Source: Dehalococcoidia bacterium (lineage in GTDB: Bacteria > Chloroflexota > Dehalococcoidia > Plut-88900). Taken from it: a stretch of 64,000 nucleotides of DNA. Positions 51,290-60,424 of this stretch are shown piece after piece; the first letter of the stretch is position 1, and each line of letters begins with the position of its first letter. The stretch covers positions 160,001-224,000 of the forward strand of contig OZ240215.1 in the NCBI GenBank assembly GCA_965197585.1, read 5' to 3'. Both the position numbers and the translations under genes were made by a program. Below the pieces are notes generated by a model. That model was not told the origin of the DNA and ran no database searches. It worked only from the letters and a program-made list of their open reading frames with translations.

Positions 51290-52328
51290 CTCCCGCCCTT
51301 TCTGGGGCCTCCCACCGACTTCTTCTCCGCCGAAGTAATAGACTGTCGGCCATCACCTCGACCAAGACCAGGCAAAGAGCGCCTGCGAGAAGGAACAGCT
51401 GGAACCGCTCTACCTTTCTCTGACTGAACTCGCTCTGAAGAGCCTCGTCCTGGAACGATCGAATCTCGTCTGCCAAGTCCGCCATTGCCCCGCGCTCGGC
51501 TGCCCGGAAGTAACGTCCCCCGCCGCTGTCAGCAATCTGCTGTAGAGCGATCTCATCTATTCTTGAGATAAGGGCAAGGCCTTGGACATCCTGACGGAAC
51601 CCGGTGATGTTGCCTTGGTCGCCGAATTCGGGGACAGGCCCTCCGTCCGGTGAACCGAACCCCACGGTATATATCACCACTCCTTCTTCTGCGGCACGCC
51701 TCGCCGCGGCAATGGGATCATCCTCGTGGTTCTCGCCGTCGGTCATTATGACTATTATTCTCTGGCTCTCCCGTTCATTGCTGAAGCCGACCATCGCGGT
51801 GTCAATGGCCTCGGCAATCACGGTGCCCTGTCTGCTGATGGCATTGGGGCTGGCATGATTCAGGTAGGTCCGGGCAGTGGCGTAATCGGAAGTCAACGGA
51901 AACTGGATGAAGCTGGCGCCGGAGAACAGGACGATACCGACCTCGTCACCTTCCAGACGCGAAATCAGGCTGGATATTTCGAGCTTCGCCCGGTCGAGGC
52001 GGTTGGGTTTGATATCCTGGACCAACATACTGCGCGATATGTCCAGGGCCACCATGACCTGCACACCCCCCTGCTCAACAATTTCGATCTCACTGCCCCA
52101 TTGGGGCCGAGCCAGAGCAACAATAAGGAGGGTGACAGCCACGAACCATAGAGTGAACCGAAGAATGCGCATCTTGCCGTTCGCCGCCGGGCTCAGCCGC
52201 CCCACGAGGGCGGGATCCCCGATGCGCTGTACCAAAGCCGTACGCCGTGACAATGCCCAGCGCAAGAACAAGACCAATACAGGCAGCGCAGCCAGGAGGT
52301 AGAGGGATTGTGGCATGCCAAAGGACAT
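51282..52328 (-). CDS. batB: BatB-like VWA domain protein
   Basis: ALARPQWG, DISRSM (MIDAS), PNRL..AK, PLT.D, TDGENH. Start moved to ATG 52328. Confidence 0.85.
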   Translation of the reverse strand: MSFGMPQSLYLLAALPVLVLFLRWALSRRTALVQRIGDPALVGRLSPAANGKMRILRFTLWFVAVTLLIVALARPQWGSEIEIVEQGGVQVMVALDISRSMLVQDIKPNRLDRAKLEISSLISRLEGDEVGIVLFSGASFIQFPLTSDYATARTYLNHASPNAISRQGTVIAEAIDTAMVGFSNERESQRIIVIMTDGENHEDDPIAAARRAAEEGVVIYTVGFGSPDGGPVPEFGDQGNITGFRQDVQGLALISRIDEIALQQIADSGGGRYFRAAERGAMADLADEIRSFQDEALQSEFSQRKVERFQLFLLAGALCLVLVEVMADSLLLRRRRSRWEAPERAGDV

Positions 52329-52335
52329 TATTAAC

Positions 52336-53319
52336 CTACGGCAGCCTTCTGAATACGGTCTGAGAGAGAACCAAGTCCAGCAGCAGGAGTGCAAGAGCCG
52401 GGGCCAGCAACCAGACCAGGACCTCTCGATAGCGGGTAAATACCAAAACCTCCACCTCAGACTTCTCAAGGGCGTTGATCTCGGCGTAGATGTCGCGCAG
52501 TCCCTCCGTGTCCGTAGCCAGATAGAACTTGGCGTCTGTAATGTTCGCTATCTCCCGCAGGGTCTCCTCATCCAGCGGACTTTCCTGTGAACCTCCACCT
52601 TCCCCAGAGCCTCCGGGCTGGCTTGTCCCAACTCCTACGGTGTACAGCTTGATGCCCAAGGCCTCGGATGCGGTGGCAACGGTGATCGGGTCCAGTTGGC
52701 CGGCGTTGTTAACTCCATCCGTAATCAGGGTCACCAGCTTGCTCTCTGAGGTAGAGTCCTTCAGCATATTGGCGGCCGTAGCCATGCCAATTCCCATTGC
52801 CGTTCCATCTTCAATCCCCAGCTGGTCTGCCAGATGTACGTCGGTCAGCAGCCGAAGCAGGACACCATGGTCAAGAGTAGGCGGACTCTGGATGAACGCC
52901 TCCTGTGAGAATACGACCAACCCAATGCGATCATATTTACGCTCCTCGATGAATTCCGCCACAATCTGCTTTGCCGCTCCCAGCCTGTTCGGAGCAAAGT
53001 CTGTCTGTCCCATGCTCCCGGAAATGTCCAGTGCGATGGCTATGTCCACCCCCTCGCCGCGAATGACCTCCCGAGCCTCAGCCACCTGGGGGCGGGCAAC
53101 GGCGACAATCAACAATGCCAGCGCCAGGAACCGCAACACCGGGACGAAGGGCATTATCCGAAGGCGGAGGGACCGGCTGCCGGAAGTCAGCCGGGTGTCT
53201 GCGTACCTCATTGTTGCGGGAGCCATGCGTTTTCTCCACATGTAGGGCATCGCTGCGAGTATGGGCACCCCTATCAGCAGAATAAGCAGCCATGGAGAGG
53301 CGAAGCTCAACTCACTCAC
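52336..53319 (-). CDS. batA: BatA-like VWA domain protein
   Basis: ARPQ, EGVDI.IALDISGSM, DRIGLVVF, GTA.G.G...A, TDGVNNAG, I..LEKS. Confidence 0.88.
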   Translation of the reverse strand: MSELSFASPWLLILLIGVPILAAMPYMWRKRMAPATMRYADTRLTSGSRSLRLRIMPFVPVLRFLALALLIVAVARPQVAEAREVIRGEGVDIAIALDISGSMGQTDFAPNRLGAAKQIVAEFIEERKYDRIGLVVFSQEAFIQSPPTLDHGVLLRLLTDVHLADQLGIEDGTAMGIGMATAANMLKDSTSESKLVTLITDGVNNAGQLDPITVATASEALGIKLYTVGVGTSQPGGSGEGGGSQESPLDEETLREIANITDAKFYLATDTEGLRDIYAEINALEKSEVEVLVFTRYREVLVWLLAPALALLLLDLVLSQTVFRRLP

Positions 53320-54395
53320 GTCGCCCCCCCAATCGTTGCAGGGGAGCCGTACTGCAGTGTCGCTTGTTCAAGAGCTGGTCTGGTTGCATCGACGAAGTGT
53401 CGGATCTGCCTAACAACCTCATTGGCCCGGCCAGCGGGTGGTGAATTATTGGCGAACTTTACCAGGTCAGCCTCCTGGAGCAGTTCAATTACCTCTAGCG
53501 AGTTACGGGAATCAAGCGACGACAGCGATATCGCTGCCTTGATTTCTTCCGTGGACATATCGAGCCCGCCCGCCTGCCCCTCTTTTTTAAGATATGTCGC
53601 CCCTAGATAGGTCCGCAGGGTTCCGGCGACGAGGGTGTAGTGCTCTTTAAAGTCGCCACGCTCCGGTAGATCAAGCCGGCCGATGCGGGTTAGTTCCTGA
53701 TGCGCCACTTCCCAGGGCTTCCGGGAGTCAGTTTCCTGGACTACCACACTGACTAGTGCGCGTGACCGACGGTATACATAGAAGCCAACCGCTACGGACA
53801 TCCCTACAACGACCAGGCCAGCAATAACTAGAACGGCTGGCCGTTTCCAGAGGGGAGTCGAGAGGTCGGCAGGAGGACGTATGTCCTTCAACTCCTCATC
53901 CGGGCCTGCCAATACCGAATTTACGGTCATCTCCACCGGGTCAGGATATACTTGCTCTATGCTGCCATCCGAGTTGCGGATGGAAATTGGCAGGTCGGGA
54001 GTCTCAAAAGCGCCCGGGGAGAACAGGGCTACCTGAATCTGTTTGGCGATGGTCTTTACGCCGTCACTAAGGGATATGGTCTGGACCGAGGTCTGAGCCT
54101 GAACCTCGAATGGGCCCCATTCGCGTTCGAGCCTTGGTAATACCACGACAAGATTATCTGGATGAGAGACCACAAGGCTCAATATAGCCACATCGCCCAC
54201 GGTCATCTCAGGACGGTCGACGGTGAAGGATATGTGGACGGCCGACGACGAGGCTGTCTGGGCCGCTGCGGTGTCAACGGTGTCCATTACCAGCGACACG
54301 GCAAGGAGGAAGGGAAGCAAGATTCGGACTATCAGCCCATTGCTGCCCCTACGATTCGCAAGAGACCTCCAGTCAGGCACGGTGCACAATATCAT
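53316..54395 (-). CDS. Bat-operon membrane-anchored protein (between DUF58 and BatA)
   Basis: Signal/TM, VGD.., LKDIRP, central TM, P...A..EL, LR.YL, ADLVKFA; conserved operon position. Confidence 0.75.
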   Translation of the reverse strand: MILCTVPDWRSLANRRGSNGLIVRILLPFLLAVSLVMDTVDTAAAQTASSSAVHISFTVDRPEMTVGDVAILSLVVSHPDNLVVVLPRLEREWGPFEVQAQTSVQTISLSDGVKTIAKQIQVALFSPGAFETPDLPISIRNSDGSIEQVYPDPVEMTVNSVLAGPDEELKDIRPPADLSTPLWKRPAVLVIAGLVVVGMSVAVGFYVYRRSRALVSVVVQETDSRKPWEVAHQELTRIGRLDLPERGDFKEHYTLVAGTLRTYLGATYLKKEGQAGGLDMSTEEIKAAISLSSLDSRNSLEVIELLQEADLVKFANNSPPAGRANEVVRQIRHFVDATRPALEQATLQYGSPATIGGAT

Positions 54396-55279
54396 CGTCT
54401 CAGCCTGCGAAGCCGGTCTTTGAAGAACGCTCCCACCTCTGCGACATAATCTCTCTCTGTGGTGACGCTGATCCGGTCAACTCCAGCCGAAGAGAAGACA
54501 TCGCGTTTTCCTTCTTTCAGTCGGGTTACCTCATCGGCAAACTCCTGCCGCCAATCCCTACTGCCGGTATCCACCCAGCGGCGCTCTCCGGTCTCGGCGT
54601 CTTCCAGCGAGAGGATGCCCACGTCTGCCATTTGGTGTTCCAGCGGATCGCTCAGGTCGAAAGCAATCACATCGTGGCGCCGGTTGGTTATCATCATCGC
54701 CTGGCGGTAGGACTCCGGGTCCGCGAGGAAGTCGGAGAGTAGGAATACGATGCTGCGGCGCTTTAGCATCTGATGGACGGTGTTAAGCGCCAGCGTGATG
54801 TCGGTGCCCGAACCTGTGGGATGGAACACCAGCAGGTCCCGAACCATCCTTAGAACGTGGCTTCTTCCCTTGCGGGGCGGTACCATCGACTCGACGCGAT
54901 CAGTAAATAGGAGAAGACCGACCTTGTCGTTGTTGGTGGTGGCTGCAAAGGACATGACGGCAGCCAACTCGACAGCCAACTCCCGCTTGAACCGATTCCT
55001 GGTGCCGAAGTCCCCGGAACCGCTAACGTCAACGACCAGCATGGCTGTCAGTTCCCGCTCCTCGATGAAGCTCTTCACATACGGTTCCCCGGTGCGGGCC
55101 GTGACGTTCCAGTCAATGGTACGCACGTCGTCCCCGGGATGATACTGACGGACCTCGTCGAACTCCATGCCACGGCCCTTGAAGACCGACTGGTACTCTC
55201 CGGCAAAGCTATCAGTGACCAGCTTCCGGGTTGTTATTTCGATTCGTCTTATTCTGGCAATCAGGTCGCCGGTCAGCAT
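54392..55279 (-). CDS. DUF58 domain protein
   Basis: GEY.SVFKGRGMEFDEVRQY.PGDDVR.IDWNVTAR, EEREL, DVSGS, SDF. Confidence 0.92.
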   Translation of the reverse strand: MLTGDLIARIRRIEITTRKLVTDSFAGEYQSVFKGRGMEFDEVRQYHPGDDVRTIDWNVTARTGEPYVKSFIEERELTAMLVVDVSGSGDFGTRNRFKRELAVELAAVMSFAATTNNDKVGLLLFTDRVESMVPPRKGRSHVLRMVRDLLVFHPTGSGTDITLALNTVHQMLKRRSIVFLLSDFLADPESYRQAMMITNRRHDVIAFDLSDPLEHQMADVGILSLEDAETGERRWVDTGSRDWRQEFADEVTRLKEGKRDVFSSAGVDRISVTTERDYVAEVGAFFKDRLRRLRR

Positions 55280-55280
55280 G

Positions 55281-56276
55281 TCAGGGGACTTCCACGTTAT
55301 CCAGTATGCGCTGAACTATCTGTTCGGAAGTTACATCCTGGGCTTCCGCCTCGAACGTAGTGATGATTCGGTGCCGGAGAACGTCTGGGGCCAGTTGCTT
55401 TACATCGTCGGGAACGACGTAGCCGCGTCCCTTTATGAAGGCATACGCCCGCGTCGCCATGATGAGGAAGATTCCCGCGCGGGGCGATGCGCCAAATGAA
55501 ATCAGGTTCGCCAAATCGCCAAGCCCGGCCGTGCTGGGGTTCCTTGTGGCGATCACGAGATTCAGGACGTAGTCCTTTATCTTCTCGTCTACATAAACTT
55601 GATGCACAATTTCCCGGGCGTTTAGGATGTATTGTGAGTCCACCACCGGACGCACGTCCGGCGGACTGCCGGACGTCATCCGGTCGATTATCTCTCGCTC
55701 TTCCGTCGGCTCCGGATAGTCCACAACCACCTTCAGCATGAACCGGTCTACTTGTGCTTCCGGCAGGGGGTACGTACCCTCTTGTTCAATGGGGTTCTGA
55801 GTCGCCAGGACCAGGAATGGGGCCTCCAACGGAAACGTATCGTTTCCGATAGTGACCTGCTTTTCCTGCATCGCCTCCAGAAGTGCGCTCTGCACCTTGG
55901 CCGGAGCTCGGTTGACTTCGTCGGCGAGAATCAGGTTTGAGAAGACAGGCCCCTTCTGGACGCTGAATTCCCCGGTGCGGGGATTGTAGACTCGCGTGCC
56001 GATGAGGTCCGCGGGCAATAGATCAGGCGTGAACTGGATGCGCGAAAACCCGGCTTGAATCGCTTGGCCGATGGTCTTGATCAGCAGTGTTTTTGCCAGC
56101 CCCGGCACGCCTTCCAGCAGAATGTGCCCATCGGCCAGCAGGGCCACCAGAGCCCGTTCCACCAGCCGGTCCTGGCCAATGATCGCCTTGCGGATCTCGG
56201 CATCGAGAGATTGAACGAATCGCGCCTCCCTCTCTACCATCTCGTTTATCTGTCGGAAGCCTGCTAGAGTCGACAT
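55281..56276 (-). CDS. moxR: MoxR-family AAA+ ATPase
   Basis: GHILLEGVPGLAKT, RIQFTPDLLPAD, DEVNRAPAKVQSALLEAM, ATQNPIEQEGTYPLPEAQVDRF, GASPRA. Confidence 0.93.
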   Translation of the reverse strand: MSTLAGFRQINEMVEREARFVQSLDAEIRKAIIGQDRLVERALVALLADGHILLEGVPGLAKTLLIKTIGQAIQAGFSRIQFTPDLLPADLIGTRVYNPRTGEFSVQKGPVFSNLILADEVNRAPAKVQSALLEAMQEKQVTIGNDTFPLEAPFLVLATQNPIEQEGTYPLPEAQVDRFMLKVVVDYPEPTEEREIIDRMTSGSPPDVRPVVDSQYILNAREIVHQVYVDEKIKDYVLNLVIATRNPSTAGLGDLANLISFGASPRAGIFLIMATRAYAFIKGRGYVVPDDVKQLAPDVLRHRIITTFEAEAQDVTSEQIVQRILDNVEVP

Positions 56277-56879
56277 ATCAATCCTCGGGCTCCTTTAGCG
56301 AGCGATGTGCAATGTTTTGGACTGTTCCTTGCGACCGAGTTCCAAGTATCCGGTTGCAGACCGATCGGATGTATGCGCCTCAACGGATAGGCTACGTCCT
56401 TCGCGCTGACGTTACCCTCTCCAAGGCAATGCTGTAAGGTTCGTTAGCACCTGTTGAGACAGATACAACTGTAACTGCCGCGTGAGTATAAAGGAATACT
56501 GTTGCTGTAACTCAACGGAGCGGTCCGCAAAATCCAAGCTTGGATCTGGAAACTCACTGTGGCAGAGTCCGGGAGCATTTAGGTAGGAGTTGGGGGATGA
56601 TGGTCCTGCAGGCTGGCAAGAAACTGGATTGCGGACCTCATGGCTTCCTGCATTCTCAAGTATGTAGCCTGCAGCTATCGCATCCGGACGGGGCGCTAAG
56701 CGCAAAGATGGCCCTTCGGAGTACTACTACAGTTTTCGGCCAAGCTGTTTTTGCCGCGACCCATTCAATTTGTGACCTGAGGTGTAAGGCGGCCGGCTCT
56801 CCTACCTCGCTTGGAATCACCTGCATGCCGACTTTCCCATCATGCCTTTAAAACCATCCGGCGCCAGCCTATCCAACGC

Positions 56880-57462
56880 CTTCACGCCTGTTGCGCAATA
56901 GACACCAGACTCTGCACTACTCTTGGGCAGCAGAACTGAATTCCAATTCCGAGAGCTAACTGACCGAGAATCTATCCGTAAAAGCCTTGGCGGTTGCTAG
57001 GTCGAAAGTTATTGGCAGGGGTGAATACTTACAGTGCCCTTCTCTCCAAGAGAGCTGAAATTGAGAGGGGTAATCGCAGACTCACGCATGATCATATTGT
57101 AGGATAGGCCCTGCCAATTTAAGCTCGGAGGAATCCTATGGAAGCATATTGTCTGAAGTGACGGTCCAAGAGGGAGATGAGTAGCCAACAGGCCATTACG
57201 ATGAAGAATGGGCGCCCGGCCACCCGAGGCATCTGCCCAGTCTGCTCCACAAAGATGTTCCGGATTGGCAAAACCGCATAGTCCAGCGGTCTGCAACTGA
57301 CGAGAGACCTCCGCTTTAGCAGGGACCTCTTGCTACTATCTGAGCTACCGGTTGTCCTGCTCAGTCGGTTCTTGGTGGGTTTCGCACGACGTGGGAGGAC
57401 AGGAGTTTGACTACAGGTCCAGCACGAACCTCAAGGAGAAGGTTCTCCAATTCGTCCAGTTG
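56880..57462. repeat. Long direct repeat, copy 2
   Basis: Aligns with 27930-28511 at an offset of 28950-28951. Confidence 0.92.
57138..57281 (+). pseudogene. Second DUF5679 copy with in-frame TGA at the second Cys of the first CxxC
   Basis: MEAYCLK*RSKREMSSQQAITMKNGRPATRGICPVCSTKMFRIGKTA; TGA at 57159-57161 where copy 1 has TGC. Confidence 0.75.
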
Positions 57463-57547
57463 GGCGGCATCTTTAGAGAGCGATGAAACAGAGCTGAGCA
57501 GGGTTGTTGTAAGGTTGCGTCCCAGGCAGGCCGATGTCGATCTTTCT

Positions 57548-58318
57548 CTAGCCAAGGGACTTAAGGAAGTCGAGAAATATCCCGTTGGTGGCCATTGGCC
57601 GTTCAATGGACGGGCAATGGCCAACGTTCTCAAGCCAGCGGGCCTGGGCACCGGGTATCTTGTCGAGCAGCACCCGAGATTTCTCCGCATAGGCGTCCTC
57701 ATCACCGCACATTACACAGGTGGGGACATCTATCTTTCCTAGCTCCGCTTCAACGTCGAAGCTGTTGCACGCCTCGAAGTCCCCGATCTGTGAGTCTAAA
57801 GGGGTGGTCTTGTTATTCCATTCGTGCAGCTCGCGGATGGACCGGGGCGTACTTCCAGCAAAGTTCACCTCCATGCCTTCCGTGACGGCTCGGTTGAAAT
57901 CGGTTTTGTAGAGGTCCACGAAATCTTGGGGTATGAACCAGCTGGCTCCCGCCCCGACTAGTATCAAAGCCTCGGCTCCGGAGTAGTGCAGAGCGTAGTC
58001 GAGGGCTACGGACCCACCCATAGAGTGGCCGGCTAGAACGAACGAGTCCAGACCGAGGGCATTGACCATGCCTTTAAGGAATTCGCGATATTCGGAGACG
58101 TCGGTTGAGCCGGGTCCTTCGGAGTCGCCGTGGCCCGGGAGGTCGATTGCTATGGGGGTATGGTCTCTGGCCAGTGCCCGGAGCTGGGGCAACCATATCA
58201 GGCGATTGCCCCTGGCGCCGTGGACTAGGACCACCGCCTTCCCCCGCTTTTCTCCGTTGGCAATATCCCGTGGACAAGCGTAAAAGGCCGTCTTACCGTT
58301 CACCTGTACATGAGCCAT
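57548..58318 (-). CDS. Alpha/beta fold hydrolase
   Basis: LVHG, DLPGHG.S, GHSMGG nucleophile elbow, G..D, GH. Confidence 0.9.
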   Translation of the reverse strand: MAHVQVNGKTAFYACPRDIANGEKRGKAVVLVHGARGNRLIWLPQLRALARDHTPIAIDLPGHGDSEGPGSTDVSEYREFLKGMVNALGLDSFVLAGHSMGGSVALDYALHYSGAEALILVGAGASWFIPQDFVDLYKTDFNRAVTEGMEVNFAGSTPRSIRELHEWNNKTTPLDSQIGDFEACNSFDVEAELGKIDVPTCVMCGDEDAYAEKSRVLLDKIPGAQARWLENVGHCPSIERPMATNGIFLDFLKSLG

Positions 58319-58352
58319 TCCTCGCCTCCGATACTAGTTCTGCTACAGGGGT

Positions 58353-59492
58353 CTAACGCGTTCCATGATCCCGTGGGAAATGATAGAGCCGAGCGGCGTT
58401 CCTTCCCACGATTTTGCGGGTCTCGTCATCTGGGACGTCTGCGAAAGTGTGTTCGATTACTTCCTTTGAGTGGGGGAAGGTGCCTTCGTCATGGGGATAG
58501 TCACTACCCCAAATCAGCCCATCGACCCCGGTTACAGAGCGATTTGTCAGGCCCACGGCATCATCCCCGAAGGTGGCATAGCCTTGGCGCTTGAAATATT
58601 CGCTGGATTTCATGGGCAGCTTGGGGTCGGCCCACATGTGGCGCTTGATCTGCATCTCGTCCATCAACTGCAATACCCAGGCAAGCCAACCAATCCCTCC
58701 TTCGACCAGGACGAACCTGAGACCTGGGTGGCGGTCCAAAACCCCCGAGGCTATCAGCAGAGTCAGGGGACTCATGGCATTGGCCATCAGGGTCACAGTG
58801 AAGGCCATGTTGTCCCCGGGCCCTTCCGGCTGGTATTCGATTTCTGCCTTACCCGTCGTTCCATAGGTAAAGACGTGAAATGCAACCGGGACCTGCAACT
58901 CCTCCACCGTTGCCCAGAAGGGTTCGTAGGCAGGGTTGTTATAGGGGAGCAACGGTATGGCCTGGGGCACGGACAAAGAGCGACAGCCCTTTCGGGCCGC
59001 CCTTCTGGCCTCATCCATTGCCGTAGATATATCGACCATGGGCAGAAGGGCTGACACCGCGAACCTATCGGGAAGCCCGCCAAAAATCTCGTGATACCAA
59101 TCGTTGTACAGGCTGGTCAGCGCTCGCTGGTAGCCCGTGTCCGGCGAGGCGAAGGCCTTGAAGATGCCTTGGGGATAGATCACCTCGGCGGCGACCCCGT
59201 CCTCTTCCAGATCAGCCAGGCGGAGAGGAATGTCTATGCCGCCTCCCCGATTGCTGGGACCGCTCATAGGAAGCTCTCCCTCCTGGGTAGTCTCTCTAAA
59301 GAAGCGGCGCATGTCTTCCTGGTTCAGAGGGTTGGGGGCGTCCAGGGGCATGTCCTGCTGCCCCTCCACGTATAGGTATCTTCGGCCATTCTTGAGGATG
59401 ATGTGCGGAGCCGGGGGCCTGTATTCCCGAGGCAGACGCTGGTAGAGCTCCTCGGGCTCCTCGGCATGAGAATCGGCAGAAATGATCAGCAC
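58353..59492 (-). CDS. Amidohydrolase family protein (Amidohydro_2)
   Basis: ISADSH..EP, DGV.AEVIYP, YNDW, VEGGIGW, WGSDYPH.EG. Confidence 0.9.
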   Translation of the reverse strand: MLIISADSHAEEPEELYQRLPREYRPPAPHIILKNGRRYLYVEGQQDMPLDAPNPLNQEDMRRFFRETTQEGELPMSGPSNRGGGIDIPLRLADLEEDGVAAEVIYPQGIFKAFASPDTGYQRALTSLYNDWYHEIFGGLPDRFAVSALLPMVDISTAMDEARRAARKGCRSLSVPQAIPLLPYNNPAYEPFWATVEELQVPVAFHVFTYGTTGKAEIEYQPEGPGDNMAFTVTLMANAMSPLTLLIASGVLDRHPGLRFVLVEGGIGWLAWVLQLMDEMQIKRHMWADPKLPMKSSEYFKRQGYATFGDDAVGLTNRSVTGVDGLIWGSDYPHDEGTFPHSKEVIEHTFADVPDDETRKIVGRNAARLYHFPRDHGTR

Positions 59493-59519
59493 TTAACACA
59501 CCTCCTCTTTCCCTCTCCC

Positions 59520-60248
59520 TCAGACGACGATCCTGCCGCCGTCGATGGGCAGCTCGATCCCGGTCACGAAAGAAGACTGGTCCGAGGCCAGGTATAGGGC
59601 GCCTTCGGCTATCTCCTCGGGCCGGCCCATTCTGCCCATGGGCAGGTCGTGGAGTGTCCTCGTGCCTGGCATACCGGTGTCGATTGGGCCAGGGTGAATG
59701 GAGTTTGCGCGTATGTTGTACCTGCCGTACTGGGCGGCCGTGGCCTTCGTCAGTATCCTCAGTGCGCCCTTGGAGGCCGTGTATGCAGCGGCCTCGTAGG
59801 TTGCCACAATGCCGAAGGCGGAGGACATGTTTACAATCGATCAGCCGCCGGCCTTCTTCATTTCCGGTATAGCCAGCTTGGTCCCGATGAAGGGACCGGT
59901 GGCATGGACCGCCATCGACTGTTCCCAGGTCTCAAGGCTGGTCTCGTCTACGATTTCGGGGCTGTAAATGCCGGCGTTGTTGACCAGGACGTTCAGCTTG
60001 CCGAACTCCTTGACCGTGGCATCGATGGCGGCCCGCCAGTCCTCCTCCTTGGTCACGTCAAGGGCCACAAATAGGGCCCGTCCTCCAGCGTCGGCTATCT
60101 CCCCGGCTACCCTCCGGCTCTGCTCGACGAGAATATCGCCGATGGTGACGCAGGCACCCTCCTCGGCGAAGAGCCTGGCTATCGCCTCGCCGATTCCCCT
60201 GGCTCCCCCGGTGACTAAGGCCACCTTGTCCTCCATTCTCACGGTCAA
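59520..60248 (-). pseudogene. Short-chain dehydrogenase/reductase interrupted by one in-frame TGA
   Basis: TGGARGIG, NNAGI, then KKAGG*SIVNMSS (TGA at 59841-59843 where Gly is expected), YTASK, HPGPIDT, DGG; both ORFs share a frame. Confidence 0.85.
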
Positions 60249-60424
60249 TCACCCCCTTTTCCATCGTCTGCTAGGCGAAATCCGAGCCCGTGCCGCCACT
60301 TGTGACTCCACCTTATTTGATTCGTCCACTGCCCCGTCTGGTCTATCAGATTTACTCAACCCTCTGTACGCCAGTCCTAAGAGAGGATCGGTAATGTCAT
60401 ATGGCGCAGAGGCAGGGGGGTAAA

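Noticed and set aside
59841-59843. In-frame TGA at a Gly position suggesting UGA=Gly recoding
   Set aside because: Many intact genes here end in TGA (bfr, futA, moxR, sulfurtransferase); a GGA>TGA nonsense change suffices.
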